A DNA stretch of 64,000 nucleotides from the IMG/VR virus record IMGVR_UViG_3300020178_000002, positions 248,137 through 312,136 of that record; one strand, 5' to 3'. Made by a program: the position numbers and the translations under genes. Positions 49,984-58,966 of the stretch are shown here, piece by piece (positions within the stretch are counted from its first letter, which is position 1; each line of letters opens with the position of its first letter). Under the pieces are notes generated by a model that did no database searches, was not told the DNA's origin, and saw nothing but the letters and a program-made list of their open reading frames with translations.

Positions 49984-50281
49984 CTTTCACTACTTCTACT
50001 TTTTCAGCTAAGGAAGACATTCTCTTTTCCATGCTTGAAATAAGCTTTCTGTCTTCTTTAGATAAAGAGTAAAGGTTTGACCTCTGTTCAAAAGAAACAA
50101 CACACAGGCCGTATTCTAGGCTTGTTTTCAATCCTCTATCTAAAACTTCAAGCCATAAGAGAGATGCTGTAAATGCATCACACTCTTCTTCCACAGAAAG
50201 ATGTATGTGTGGACATCCTTTTTCAATTTTTATCTTCAAGGCATTAGCTAGAGAAGGTTCTATATAGAGGATTGGTTTCAT
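49970..50281 (-). CDS. Hypothetical protein
   Basis: 103 aa in operon. Confidence 0.5.
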   Translation of the reverse strand: MKPILYIEPSLANALKIKIEKGCPHIHLSVEEECDAFTASLLWLEVLDRGLKTSLEYGLCVVSFEQRSNLYSLSKEDRKLISSMEKRMSSLAEKVEVVKDAKI

Positions 50282-50290
50282 TTTGATTCC

Positions 50291-51241
50291 TTAGTTGCCA
50301 AACAAGTCTTCCCACCAGCAGGCACAATCCCATTTCTTTTGTGTGATATGGTGGTGTCCAATTACACCTGTAAAGTCATTAATCAAATAATTCTTATCGA
50401 CAACACCATGATAGAAATCACCATCATAAGACTGTCCATCAGAGCCACAAGGGAACTGATAAGGTATCTCTAATACGTCACAAAGAGACTTAACTGCTTC
50501 TTGTACAGCAAGTTTAACTCTTGGTTCAAGTGTTAGTACTTTCTTGTCACCTCTACCTGTATTATTATCCATTGTATCAATTCGATAGCCTTTCTTTGTG
50601 TAGTGATCTTTCCACTTCAAAGAAGGCTGCTGACAAATGTCAATACCGACAGAATAACTATTAGCCCACCCAGCATGCCAAGACTTATGGTTTAAGTCCA
50701 TGTATTGATAAACAGTTGCAATACCCTCTGGTGAAACACCGATTCCTGCATGTGAGCTTACTTTTCTGTCTGGGCTTGAAAATACTCTATAACAGTGGTG
50801 AGGGTCAAGGCCACCCCAATGCACAACAATAAAGGTAGGCTTTCTTCCATTTCGAGATGAGAAGTGACCAAATCTATGGAGATCAAGACCGCCTCTTTGA
50901 TCAAAGTTCTTAAAGACAACTTCTTCATGGCTGTCTACTTTGATTCTTCTGTCATTATAAGTCCAGAAAGGTTCATGGGCTTCAACAAAGTCAAACTTCT
51001 TTAAAAGAGCAGACCATGTTCCTCTGCCTAGTTTCCCATCAACACTTGCACCTGCTCCAAAGGTATCTTCTTGAAATGCTTCTACTGCAAGTGCGAAGTC
51101 TTCACTCTCATGGCAAGAGCCTAGACCAGGATAACAATTAATAGCACTTTCAGGGATAATACCTTCCCAGCCAACAGATGAAGAAGCTTTCTTATTATAT
51201 GCACAAGCTGATGATCTTGTTTGTATTATTACAGATGACAT
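50291..51241 (-). CDS. N-acetylmuramoyl-L-alanine amidase (endolysin) with peptidoglycan-binding domain
   Basis: AVEAFQ...VDGKLGRGTW (PG-binding); IVVHW, SSH, SWHAG..NSYSVGID, IGHH...KWDC. Confidence 0.8.
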   Translation of the reverse strand: MSSVIIQTRSSACAYNKKASSSVGWEGIIPESAINCYPGLGSCHESEDFALAVEAFQEDTFGAGASVDGKLGRGTWSALLKKFDFVEAHEPFWTYNDRRIKVDSHEEVVFKNFDQRGGLDLHRFGHFSSRNGRKPTFIVVHWGGLDPHHCYRVFSSPDRKVSSHAGIGVSPEGIATVYQYMDLNHKSWHAGWANSYSVGIDICQQPSLKWKDHYTKKGYRIDTMDNNTGRGDKKVLTLEPRVKLAVQEAVKSLCDVLEIPYQFPCGSDGQSYDGDFYHGVVDKNYLINDFTGVIGHHHITQKKWDCACWWEDLFGN

Positions 51242-51270
51242 ATCTATTTTCCTTTCTGTGAGTTTTACAC

Positions 51271-52656
51271 ATGTCTCTACATTTATTTATACCCTCTATA
51301 AATGAAATCTTAGCTCTTTTAATAAAAAGTCATGCTTCTTCTGGAGGCACTGTTTTGTTATCAAGGGCAGGCAAGGTTTGGAATAACCCCTCTACTAAGT
51401 CTATACTTAATGCTTGGCATCCAAAAGACATCGCAGGGAAACTACTTCAGAATTCTTTTTTAGAGCTTTGTGATGGTGGTGATGGTGGCAAAATGTCTGT
51501 GTTCATCGCCTGCTCACTGATAAAAAGCTTCTATCGGTTAAGTGTCTCAGAAGATTATCAAGAGAAGAATGTTAAAGAATCCTTGTCTGGTATTCTAGGG
51601 CAAATAAAAGCTTTTCCCTCTAGTGAAGATATTTTAATAAAAGTGGGTCTTCAGAGTGGTCTGGATATAGAGGATGTTAAAAGTGTAGCTCAATCTATCT
51701 CGCTATCTGGTGCTTCTTCTTCACACATCTCTTTAGAGAAATGGGAGGGTGTAGGCTGTGAGGTCATACAGACAGACTCTTTCCTTGCTAATTTGAAGAT
51801 ACATTCAGATAAAGAAGTCTATCTCAAGGGTGCTATGTTCGTCTTATTTCAGAAACCACTCTTTGAGGTAAAAGAGATAGTTCCAGTTATGGAATTCATG
51901 TCTTCTTTTGAAGGTAGGCCTTTAGTTGTAATAGCCCCGATGGTTGGTGGTGGAGCTCTCAAAACGATAAATCTTAATAGGAACAAAGGAGTTTTGGAAG
52001 CTTATGCTTGTGATGCACCAAGAGTAACTTGGTCAGAAGGCTGGCTTGAAGATATGGCTTCCTTTACAGGTGCAACAGTCTATAATACTTCATTTGATTC
52101 AGAGTTTAAGCCTGTGTTTTTTGGTTCTGCTTTAGAGGTAGTTTTAAACTACAATGAAATGGTCGTCACTCCTTATGATGAACATGTTGAAAGAACATCA
52201 GAGAGAGCAGACTTTCTTTTAAAAGAAGCTGAACTTTCTCCTTTCCCTCATACTCAGGATACTTTGAGGAAAAGAGCCAATGCTCTGAATGGTACTTTAG
52301 TTAGATTAAAAGTTGGTGGTGTAACAGAGTCAGAATCTAGGTGGAGAAGGGTTCTTATTGAAAAAGCTCTTATCTCAATGTCTGATGTAAATCGCTCTGG
52401 CTATGTTAAAGGTTCTATTCCCTGTTTGTATAATATAGAAACAAACAATCCAATACTAGAGAGAGCATTAAAGTCACCTTTCAATGTTGTTTGTCACAAT
52501 TTAGGTAAGGCTGTTAATGATAAAACAGTCTGGGAGTCTCCCTTGTTGTATGAGCTTTTTCCAGCTTCTCGACTTTCAAATTTGATAACAAAAGCAGTTT
52601 CAGTGGCTACCACTATTGGTTCAGTAAGTCACATTGTAGAAAAGGAAAAAAGATGA
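51271..52656 (+). CDS. Divergent GroEL/Cpn60-like chaperonin
   Basis: GDG.., RPLVVIA, LEDMASFTGATV, RLKVGGVTESE, ERALKSP, AVSVATTI. Confidence 0.7.
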   Translation: MSLHLFIPSINEILALLIKSHASSGGTVLLSRAGKVWNNPSTKSILNAWHPKDIAGKLLQNSFLELCDGGDGGKMSVFIACSLIKSFYRLSVSEDYQEKNVKESLSGILGQIKAFPSSEDILIKVGLQSGLDIEDVKSVAQSISLSGASSSHISLEKWEGVGCEVIQTDSFLANLKIHSDKEVYLKGAMFVLFQKPLFEVKEIVPVMEFMSSFEGRPLVVIAPMVGGGALKTINLNRNKGVLEAYACDAPRVTWSEGWLEDMASFTGATVYNTSFDSEFKPVFFGSALEVVLNYNEMVVTPYDEHVERTSERADFLLKEAELSPFPHTQDTLRKRANALNGTLVRLKVGGVTESESRWRRVLIEKALISMSDVNRSGYVKGSIPCLYNIETNNPILERALKSPFNVVCHNLGKAVNDKTVWESPLLYELFPASRLSNLITKAVSVATTIGSVSHIVEKEKR

Positions 52657-52964
52657 AGATTCTAAAAAGATATGAAATCCCTTTAGATGATGTAAACGAA
52701 ATTATGATGAACATAGAGTCATACCAGAGAATGCTAAATTTTTATGGGGAGTGGGTGGAGAAGCATGGGGAATATGATTATGTAGACGAGAGGGTTCGAG
52801 ACCTATCTGGCATTCTCTGTGAGTATTTGATTGCAAGAGAATATGTAAAAGAGGGTGCGAGGACATTTGGTGATGATAAGACAGTTTATGCATCTGTTGA
52901 GTTGGAGTTTAAAAAGAAGTACCCAAATCTCGAATACCCTTTTTCAAAGGTTTCAGGCAAATGA
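52653..52964 (+). CDS. Hypothetical protein
   Basis: ATGA-coupled on both sides. Confidence 0.55.
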   Translation: MKILKRYEIPLDDVNEIMMNIESYQRMLNFYGEWVEKHGEYDYVDERVRDLSGILCEYLIAREYVKEGARTFGDDKTVYASVELEFKKKYPNLEYPFSKVSGK

Positions 52965-53608
52965 TTATTACAATATTAAGAAAGCCTTTAGAGGGAAGCG
53001 TAGCTGATAATGTACTTAAACATGGTTGTGGTGCTTTAAACATAGATGCGTCAAGAGTTTCCTCTCACGACAAAACAAAAAACCACAGTCGCAAGCCAGA
53101 GGCTTCTAAACCAAAAGGCATTTATGGAGACTCAAAAGAACAAGAGACACATCAGACAAAGGGTCAAGAGATTGGTAGGTTTCCTGCTAACTTTATTCTG
53201 ACTCACCGAGAGGGCTGTGAGTTAAAAGGCACTAAGAAAATTAAAAGTTCTTCTGGAAGAGGTGCTGTGAAAAAAGAGTCCTCTGCTGAAAAGTTGGGTA
53301 ATCAAGGATATTCTTACTCTAAAGAGTCAAGAAAAGAAGGTACTGTTATGATTTGTCATGTAGATGAAGATGGGAAAGAGACAGTAGCAGATTGGGCTTG
53401 TGTAGAGGGTTGTCCTGTTAAAGAGATAGATCGACAAAGTGGTTCGATAAAGAGTGGTGGTCGCTCTGCCAAAAACTACGCAGACAGCGATTCTGATCGG
53501 CTTGTCTATGGAGGGTTCTCTGGAGTGGCGAAAGAAATACAGCCCTCAAGTGGTGGTGCTTCTAGGTTCTTTAAACAGTTTAAGAAAGAAGAATCAAATG
53601 AACCCTAA
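52961..53608 (+). CDS. Stand-alone DNA methyltransferase central segment, cassette 1
   Basis: RKPLEGSVADNVLKHGCGALNIDA...GRFPANFIL...DWACVEGCP...GGASRFFKQF; lacks DPPY and FxGxG. Confidence 0.75.
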   Translation: MIITILRKPLEGSVADNVLKHGCGALNIDASRVSSHDKTKNHSRKPEASKPKGIYGDSKEQETHQTKGQEIGRFPANFILTHREGCELKGTKKIKSSSGRGAVKKESSAEKLGNQGYSYSKESRKEGTVMICHVDEDGKETVADWACVEGCPVKEIDRQSGSIKSGGRSAKNYADSDSDRLVYGGFSGVAKEIQPSSGGASRFFKQFKKEESNEP

Positions 53609-54050
53609 GCATCTTTCTGTAAGAGTGAAGCAATGTGACCTCATAGCTTCAAACTCTCCCTGTCCAAGAAGAAAAGTAGGTGCTCTTATCATAGACCCAG
53701 ATAACAATGTTGTTATTAGTGAGGGGTATAATGGTACTCCTAGAAGTTCTGATAAGCAGTATTGTGGTGGCTCTGTCTGTAGAAGGACAGAGGATAATAT
53801 AAAGAGTGGTACTAGGAATGATGTTGGATGTCACCACGCTGAAATGAATGCAATACTAAATGCAACTAGGGTAGGGCAGTCTACTCTAGGTAAATGGTTA
53901 ATTGTAAACTGTGACCCTTGTCTCATGTGTGCAAAAGCAATTCACCACAGTGGGATAGTGAGAGTTTACTGTCCTAAAGAGTTCTCTGGGAATCATAAAG
54001 AAGGTCTAAAATATCTTCTTGAAAACAGTATTGAGGTAGAAGATTTATGA
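53598..54050 (+). CDS. dCMP deaminase
   Basis: SPCPRRKVGA, GYNGTP, HAEMNAI, PCLMC; start ATG 53598. Confidence 0.9.
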   Translation: MNPKHLSVRVKQCDLIASNSPCPRRKVGALIIDPDNNVVISEGYNGTPRSSDKQYCGGSVCRRTEDNIKSGTRNDVGCHHAEMNAILNATRVGQSTLGKWLIVNCDPCLMCAKAIHHSGIVRVYCPKEFSGNHKEGLKYLLENSIEVEDL

Positions 54051-54166
54051 GTAAAGTAGTTATTTGCAAAAGATGTGGCAAAGACTTAAAATATGGCTGG
54101 AAATGTTCTGCAAGACCTGATTTGTCTTGTGTTCCTTATTCTAAATACTTAGAGGGTAAGCCATGA
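54047..54166 (+). CDS. 39-aa Cys-rich mini-protein, not in ORF track
   Basis: MSKVVICKRCGKDLKYGWKCSARPDLSCVPYSKYLEGKP; ATGA overlaps on both sides. Confidence 0.6.
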   Translation: MSKVVICKRCGKDLKYGWKCSARPDLSCVPYSKYLEGKP

Positions 54167-54843
54167 GGGTAGTTTGTATTTCAGATACTCATAATCAGCA
54201 TGATAAAATAGATCTTCCAGATGGGGATGTTTTAATCCATGCTGGTGATTGGACAGGTACAGGAACTCAGAGACAAGTTATAAGCTTTATTCGCTGGTTT
54301 GCTAGTCAACCTCATAAGCATAAGATACTTATTGCAGGAAACCATGAAGTAACTATGGACACTGATTTCTATAAGCAAGCATGGCCTTCTTTTCATAAGG
54401 AACAGCTTCCTTATCAAGATATTAAAGATTATGTCTTGAGAGAAGAAGATATTTTCTACTTAGAAAATAGTGAAGTTGTGATAGAGGGTGTTAAATTTTA
54501 TGGGAGTCCTTATCAACCTGCTTTTGGTGGCTGGGCTTTTGGTGCTAATAGAGGATTTGAAACAAAGTCTACTTGGTCTAAGATACCAGAAGATACAGAT
54601 GTTCTTATTACTCATGGACCACCTAAAGATATAGGAGATAGGTTAGAGATTGGTGACTGTGTTGGGTGTGAGGATCTTCTTTATAGGATAAGAGAAGTTA
54701 AACCCTCACTTCACATCTTTGGTCATATACATGAGGGGTATGGTGAATATAAAATTGGAGATACTGTCTTTTTAAATGCTTCGATCTGTGATGAAAACTA
54801 TAAGTTGACAAATAAACCTTTAGAATGGGAGTTGGATAAGTGA
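54163..54843 (+). CDS. Metallophosphoesterase (MPPED/239FB-like)
   Basis: ISDTH, HAGD, AGNHE, THGPP, FGHIHE. Confidence 0.9.
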   Translation: MRVVCISDTHNQHDKIDLPDGDVLIHAGDWTGTGTQRQVISFIRWFASQPHKHKILIAGNHEVTMDTDFYKQAWPSFHKEQLPYQDIKDYVLREEDIFYLENSEVVIEGVKFYGSPYQPAFGGWAFGANRGFETKSTWSKIPEDTDVLITHGPPKDIGDRLEIGDCVGCEDLLYRIREVKPSLHIFGHIHEGYGEYKIGDTVFLNASICDENYKLTNKPLEWELDK

Positions 54844-55457
54844 TTATTACAATATTAAGAAAGCCTTTAGAGGGGAGTGTGGCAGATAATGTTTTAAAAC
54901 ATGGTTGTGGTGCATTGAATATAGATGCTTCTAGGATTAGTACCTCTGACAACCTCAATGGCGGAGCTTATGCTGAGTCTGCGAGTGAGAGACATGACGG
55001 AAAAGAGAACTGGAGGTATGAACGAGGTAAAGCAGGAGAGTATGAGCAACCGAAAGGCAGGTGGCCTGCTAACTTTATCCTCATGCATAAAGAGGGTTGT
55101 GAGTTAAAAGGAACTAAGAAAGTAAAGTCGAATGGTCATTGGACTCAAAAAGCAAATATTGGGAAGTTCTATGAGGGGGGTTGGAATCATCAAGAAATAG
55201 ATGAGGGGAACAAGATGTCTGATGAAGATGGGAAAGAGGCTGTAGCAGATTGGGCTTGTGTAGAGGGTTGTCCTGTTCAGAGTTTAGATGCCCAAACAGG
55301 CATCTTGCGTAGTGGCAAAGATGTAAATCCAACAACTTCAAAAGTTAGTGGCTTTTTTGGTCAAACAGATAACTACTATTCGGCAAAGTCGAATTATGGG
55401 GATAGCGGAGGTGCTTCTAGGTTCTTCAAGCAATTCAAGAAAGGAAATGAAAAATGA
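54840..55457 (+). CDS. Stand-alone DNA methyltransferase central segment, cassette 2
   Basis: Same four conserved blocks as cassette 1, with unrelated spacers. Confidence 0.75.
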   Translation: MIITILRKPLEGSVADNVLKHGCGALNIDASRISTSDNLNGGAYAESASERHDGKENWRYERGKAGEYEQPKGRWPANFILMHKEGCELKGTKKVKSNGHWTQKANIGKFYEGGWNHQEIDEGNKMSDEDGKEAVADWACVEGCPVQSLDAQTGILRSGKDVNPTTSKVSGFFGQTDNYYSAKSNYGDSGGASRFFKQFKKGNEK

Positions 55458-56243
55458 TAGAGATTAAAATAGGTGATTGCACCGAAAGACTAAAAGATTT
55501 AGAGGACAACTCAGTTGATGCTGTTATATCAGACCCTCCTTATGGGCTTAAATTTATGTCTAAGGGCTGGGATGATATAGGTGATGGCAGCCAGCAAAGA
55601 GAATGGCACAGAAAGTGGCTTACAGAGGCATACAGAGTTCTTAAGCCTAATGGAGTTATTAAAGCTTTCTCTGGGTCGAGAACTTTCCACCATCTGATAG
55701 CAATGATGGAAGAGATAGGGTTTGAAGACTTAAAAGTGGAGTCTTGGAGTTATGGTTCAGGTTTTCCTAAGTCTCACAATGTGAGCAAAGCGATAGATAA
55801 GTTAGGTGGTCGTCAATATAAGGCAATACCTGCTTCTGGTGTAGGGTTTATGAACTCAGATAAAGAGAACTGGAATGCTTGTCACAACCAACTCATTCCT
55901 GTCTCAGAAGAAACAGAAGAAGCTAAAGTTTGGAATGGTTGGGGTACGGCTCTTAAACCTTCATGGGAGCCTGTCTGTGTTGGAGTTAAGAAATGATTAT
56001 TACAATATTAAGAAAGCCCCTAGAAGGGAGCGTAGCAGATAATGTGCTGAAACATGGATGTGGTGCTTTGAACATAGATGCCACTAGGATTGGTTTAGAG
56101 ACTATGGTTTCTAGGTCTATGGGTAGTCTAGGGGTTATGCACGATGATAATTGGGAATCTAAACCTATTGAAGCTAAAGAAGCCACAGGCAGGTGGCCTG
56201 CTAACTTTATCCTCATGCATAAAGAGGGTTGTGAGTTAAAAGG
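55055..56243 (+). repeat. 57-bp exact repeat shared by cassettes 2 and 3 (55055-55111 and 56187-56243)
   Basis: aggcaggtggcctgctaactttatcctcatgcataaagagggttgtgagttaaaagg; all three cassettes also share tgattattacaatattaagaaagcc at their starts. Confidence 0.9.
55454..55996 (+). CDS. N6-adenine/N4-cytosine DNA methyltransferase, N-terminal catalytic part
   Basis: GDC...SVDAVISDPPYG; RVLKPNG; YGSGFPKS; WGTALKPSWEP; no SAM-binding motif I. Confidence 0.85.
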   Translation: MIEIKIGDCTERLKDLEDNSVDAVISDPPYGLKFMSKGWDDIGDGSQQREWHRKWLTEAYRVLKPNGVIKAFSGSRTFHHLIAMMEEIGFEDLKVESWSYGSGFPKSHNVSKAIDKLGGRQYKAIPASGVGFMNSDKENWNACHNQLIPVSEETEEAKVWNGWGTALKPSWEPVCVGVKK

Positions 56244-56598
56244 CTCTAAAAAAATTAAAGAGGGCAAAGCTAATAAAGATAAGGGTGGCTCATTTAGAGA
56301 AGTGGGTCTTTATGAAGATGGGTTGAAGACTAGAGCTGTAGACCATTTTCAAGGAGAAGAAGAGATAGAAGATTGGGCTTGTGTAAAGGATTGTCCTATT
56401 AGGAAACTAGACCTGCAAAGTGGTCAAGTCAAAGGTTGGTCGAGTCAAAACCATAATACTTTTAATCCATATCAAGGAAACTCGTTCCACAACTCGTCAA
56501 CCCAAAGACAAGGATATAAAGAGGGGTATAACGATGATGGAGGGGCTTCTCGGTTCTTCAAGCAATTTAAGAAAGGTAATGAAAAATGGAAGATATGA
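55993..56598 (+). CDS. Stand-alone DNA methyltransferase central segment, cassette 3 (in native position)
   Basis: Same conserved blocks; lies between the catalytic and SAM-binding genes. Confidence 0.75.
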   Translation: MIITILRKPLEGSVADNVLKHGCGALNIDATRIGLETMVSRSMGSLGVMHDDNWESKPIEAKEATGRWPANFILMHKEGCELKGSKKIKEGKANKDKGGSFREVGLYEDGLKTRAVDHFQGEEEIEDWACVKDCPIRKLDLQSGQVKGWSSQNHNTFNPYQGNSFHNSSTQRQGYKEGYNDDGGASRFFKQFKKGNEKWKI

Positions 56599-57359
56599 TT
56601 GAGTATTTTAAAGTAATGATAACCCCACCTGTAGAAGAGCCTATTATCTTAGTAGGTAAGCCCTCTGAGATTGATTATACCAGCTTCATGGCTTTAGAGG
56701 GGGCTTCCATCGTTCCCATATATAACCCATCTGTACATGGGATCATTTTACTTGGAGAACCCACAGAGGAAGAATCGAGTTTAATCAATGAGATTCTACT
56801 TCCAGGTGCTCATGTTATTCTTATCCCAGAAGATATTGGATATAAGGGTGTTATCTCCCTTGAAGACAAGGGTGGTTTAGAAGTTAGAGATGCCATTTTT
56901 GTAGCAGACGAGAACTCAGAGTTCTGCTATACTTCTAAAGCAAGTAGAGGTGAGCGAGAAGCAGGTCTTTCTAACTTCGATGAGAAAGAGGGTCATGGTA
57001 CATTTAGGGCAACTAGAGATCAAGCTATGCTAACAGGTTCTGGTAATGTTAGGGACAACAAGCGTAAGAATATCCATCCTACTGTTAAGCCAATAGAGAT
57101 AATGGAATGGTGTGCTAGAGATATAGAACCTAGCTCTACTGTTGTAGACCCTTTTATGGGGTCTGGAACAACAGGTATCGCTATGTCTAAACTACACCAT
57201 GACTTTGTAGGGATAGAGCTTAATCCTGAATATGCTAAAATATGTGAGGCGAGGATGAAGTATTGGAAACCTGTGGACACAAAGATTATTTCAGAGAACC
57301 CTGTCGAAGAAGAAGACCAACAGGTCTTCACAGGGCAAGTTTCTCTATTTGACTTTTAG
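56586..57359 (+). CDS. DNA methyltransferase, C-terminal SAM-binding part with degenerate N-terminal region
   Basis: YTSKASRGER, NIHPTVKP, VVDPFMGSGTTG, GIEL; no DPPY. Confidence 0.85.
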   Translation: MEDMIEYFKVMITPPVEEPIILVGKPSEIDYTSFMALEGASIVPIYNPSVHGIILLGEPTEEESSLINEILLPGAHVILIPEDIGYKGVISLEDKGGLEVRDAIFVADENSEFCYTSKASRGEREAGLSNFDEKEGHGTFRATRDQAMLTGSGNVRDNKRKNIHPTVKPIEIMEWCARDIEPSSTVVDPFMGSGTTGIAMSKLHHDFVGIELNPEYAKICEARMKYWKPVDTKIISENPVEEEDQQVFTGQVSLFDF

Positions 57360-58633
57360 TAGAGGTTACGCTCAAAACGTGCAGCTACTCTTTCTGCTAG
57401 CATTTCTTCTTGAGATGCTTTGCGAAGCAGGAGCTTCTTCACAGATCGACCAAGACTCATATCCATCTTTGTGGCTCTGTCGGTCTTTATTCCTCTTAGG
57501 TTAACCTTTGTGAGGTCAACACCTGTAAGGTCAGCACCATGTAGAGTAGCACCTGTAAGGTCAGCACCAGAAAGGTCTACATTTCTAAGATCAGTTCCTG
57601 TCAGATCAGCATCTTTTAGAGTAGCACCTTTTAAAGATTTTGCCTTTGAAAGGTCAGCATACTCTAGGCTAGCACCAGAAAGGTCAGCACCAGAAAGATC
57701 AGATCTTTCAAAGTCAGCACCAGAAAGGTCAGCTCCTTTTAAAGATGTTCCTGAGAATACAACTTCTGTAAAGTCACAATTAGAGAGATTAGCTCTGTCA
57801 AGAACAGCAGCACTAAAGTCTGACCCTGTAAAGTCTACACCAATAGCTTTGCAACCAGAAAAATCAGCACCATTGAACTTGGTGTTCTTTACATCAGAAG
57901 CATCAGCAAATTTCCCTCCCACATACTTAATGCCTGCAAGATTGCATCTTGTAAAGGTTGTTCCTTCTAGACCATCTTCGTCAGTAATGGTGATGCCTTT
58001 TAAGTGGGTTGAAATTAGAGTAGAGTCTTTAAAAGAAGCTATTTCATCTACTCCTGTAAATTTAACTCCTGTTAAAATGTTGTCTTGGAACTCTACACCT
58101 AAGAGATTAGCACTTGTAAAGTCTGTGGCAGTTATACCATCTGCGTTTGTAAAATCAGCACCGATTAAAGTAGCTTTTGTAAAATCTGTTCCAGTTAAGC
58201 AACTTAGTTGTAAGTTAGCACCTGTTAGGTTAGCACCTTTAAAGTCACTACCTTTTAGATTTGCACCTTCAAAATCAGCTCTGAGTAGTTTAAACCCAGC
58301 AAAGTTTGATAGCTCAATCTCGGATTCTTGGAAATTTGTGTGGCTCAGATCATTTTTCGGAATACCAAGGCTAGTAAAGTCTGTCTGGTTGAAGTTTATT
58401 TCAGAAAGATCTTTATTCTTCAGTACTCCAGCCACAGATTTAATGTCGTCAGGATAGCTGTTTAAGTATTCTTTGACTTTACCGCCTTCGAGAGCTTTTT
58501 GATAAGCTTCATCTTTTTCTCGGAATTCTTTTAGCTCTTTGCCTTGAAGAGCTGGTTCAGCAGCATACATTCTCTCCATATATGCTTTTCTTTTCATTCT
58601 CATACGAGCTTCGTAATATGATCTTCTTCTCAT
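57356..58633 (-). CDS. Long pentapeptide-repeat protein
   Basis: Many ADLSG/ADLTG repeats; basic leader; tail RKASQEEMLAERVAARF. Confidence 0.9.
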   Translation of the reverse strand: MRRRSYYEARMRMKRKAYMERMYAAEPALQGKELKEFREKDEAYQKALEGGKVKEYLNSYPDDIKSVAGVLKNKDLSEINFNQTDFTSLGIPKNDLSHTNFQESEIELSNFAGFKLLRADFEGANLKGSDFKGANLTGANLQLSCLTGTDFTKATLIGADFTNADGITATDFTSANLLGVEFQDNILTGVKFTGVDEIASFKDSTLISTHLKGITITDEDGLEGTTFTRCNLAGIKYVGGKFADASDVKNTKFNGADFSGCKAIGVDFTGSDFSAAVLDRANLSNCDFTEVVFSGTSLKGADLSGADFERSDLSGADLSGASLEYADLSKAKSLKGATLKDADLTGTDLRNVDLSGADLTGATLHGADLTGVDLTKVNLRGIKTDRATKMDMSLGRSVKKLLLRKASQEEMLAERVAARFERNLY

Positions 58634-58733
58634 TGGTTTACCCTTTTCAGTAAATGTACAGCAAAGTAGTTTTATAAATGATCTACAAAAAAGATTTTGA
58701 TAATAGGATTACTAACAGTCTTATGGAGAAGCT

Positions 58734-58922
58734 ATGATAGAAGTTATTAAAGATGTGCCTTTAAAGTGTTTTAATGATGGTAAGACATACCTTGTAAAAG
58801 CAGGTACTCAATTCCACATTGTTGAAAGAAAGGGTGTTTTTTACTTGAGATACAAGCACCTGTACTTTACTTTTGTAGAAGGCACTGTAGCCAGAAACCC
58901 ACGATTTTTTAAAAGTGTGTGA
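58734..58922 (+). CDS. Small hypothetical protein
   Basis: GGAG RBS; TTGATAAT upstream. Confidence 0.55.
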   Translation: MIEVIKDVPLKCFNDGKTYLVKAGTQFHIVERKGVFYLRYKHLYFTFVEGTVARNPRFFKSV

Positions 58923-58966
58923 AAAAGTTATATCTCACCCTCTATTATTGTATAATATAGATATGT

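Noticed and set aside
52961-56598. MTase cassettes as DGR targets or simple frameshifted pseudogenes
   Set aside because: Spacers differ in length and are non-homologous rather than A-mutated. The three copies have identical boundaries, coupled starts and open frames. Pseudogene status is disfavoured but not fully excluded.
57420-58457. 345-aa + strand ORF
   Set aside because: Antisense shadow of the pentapeptide repeats.
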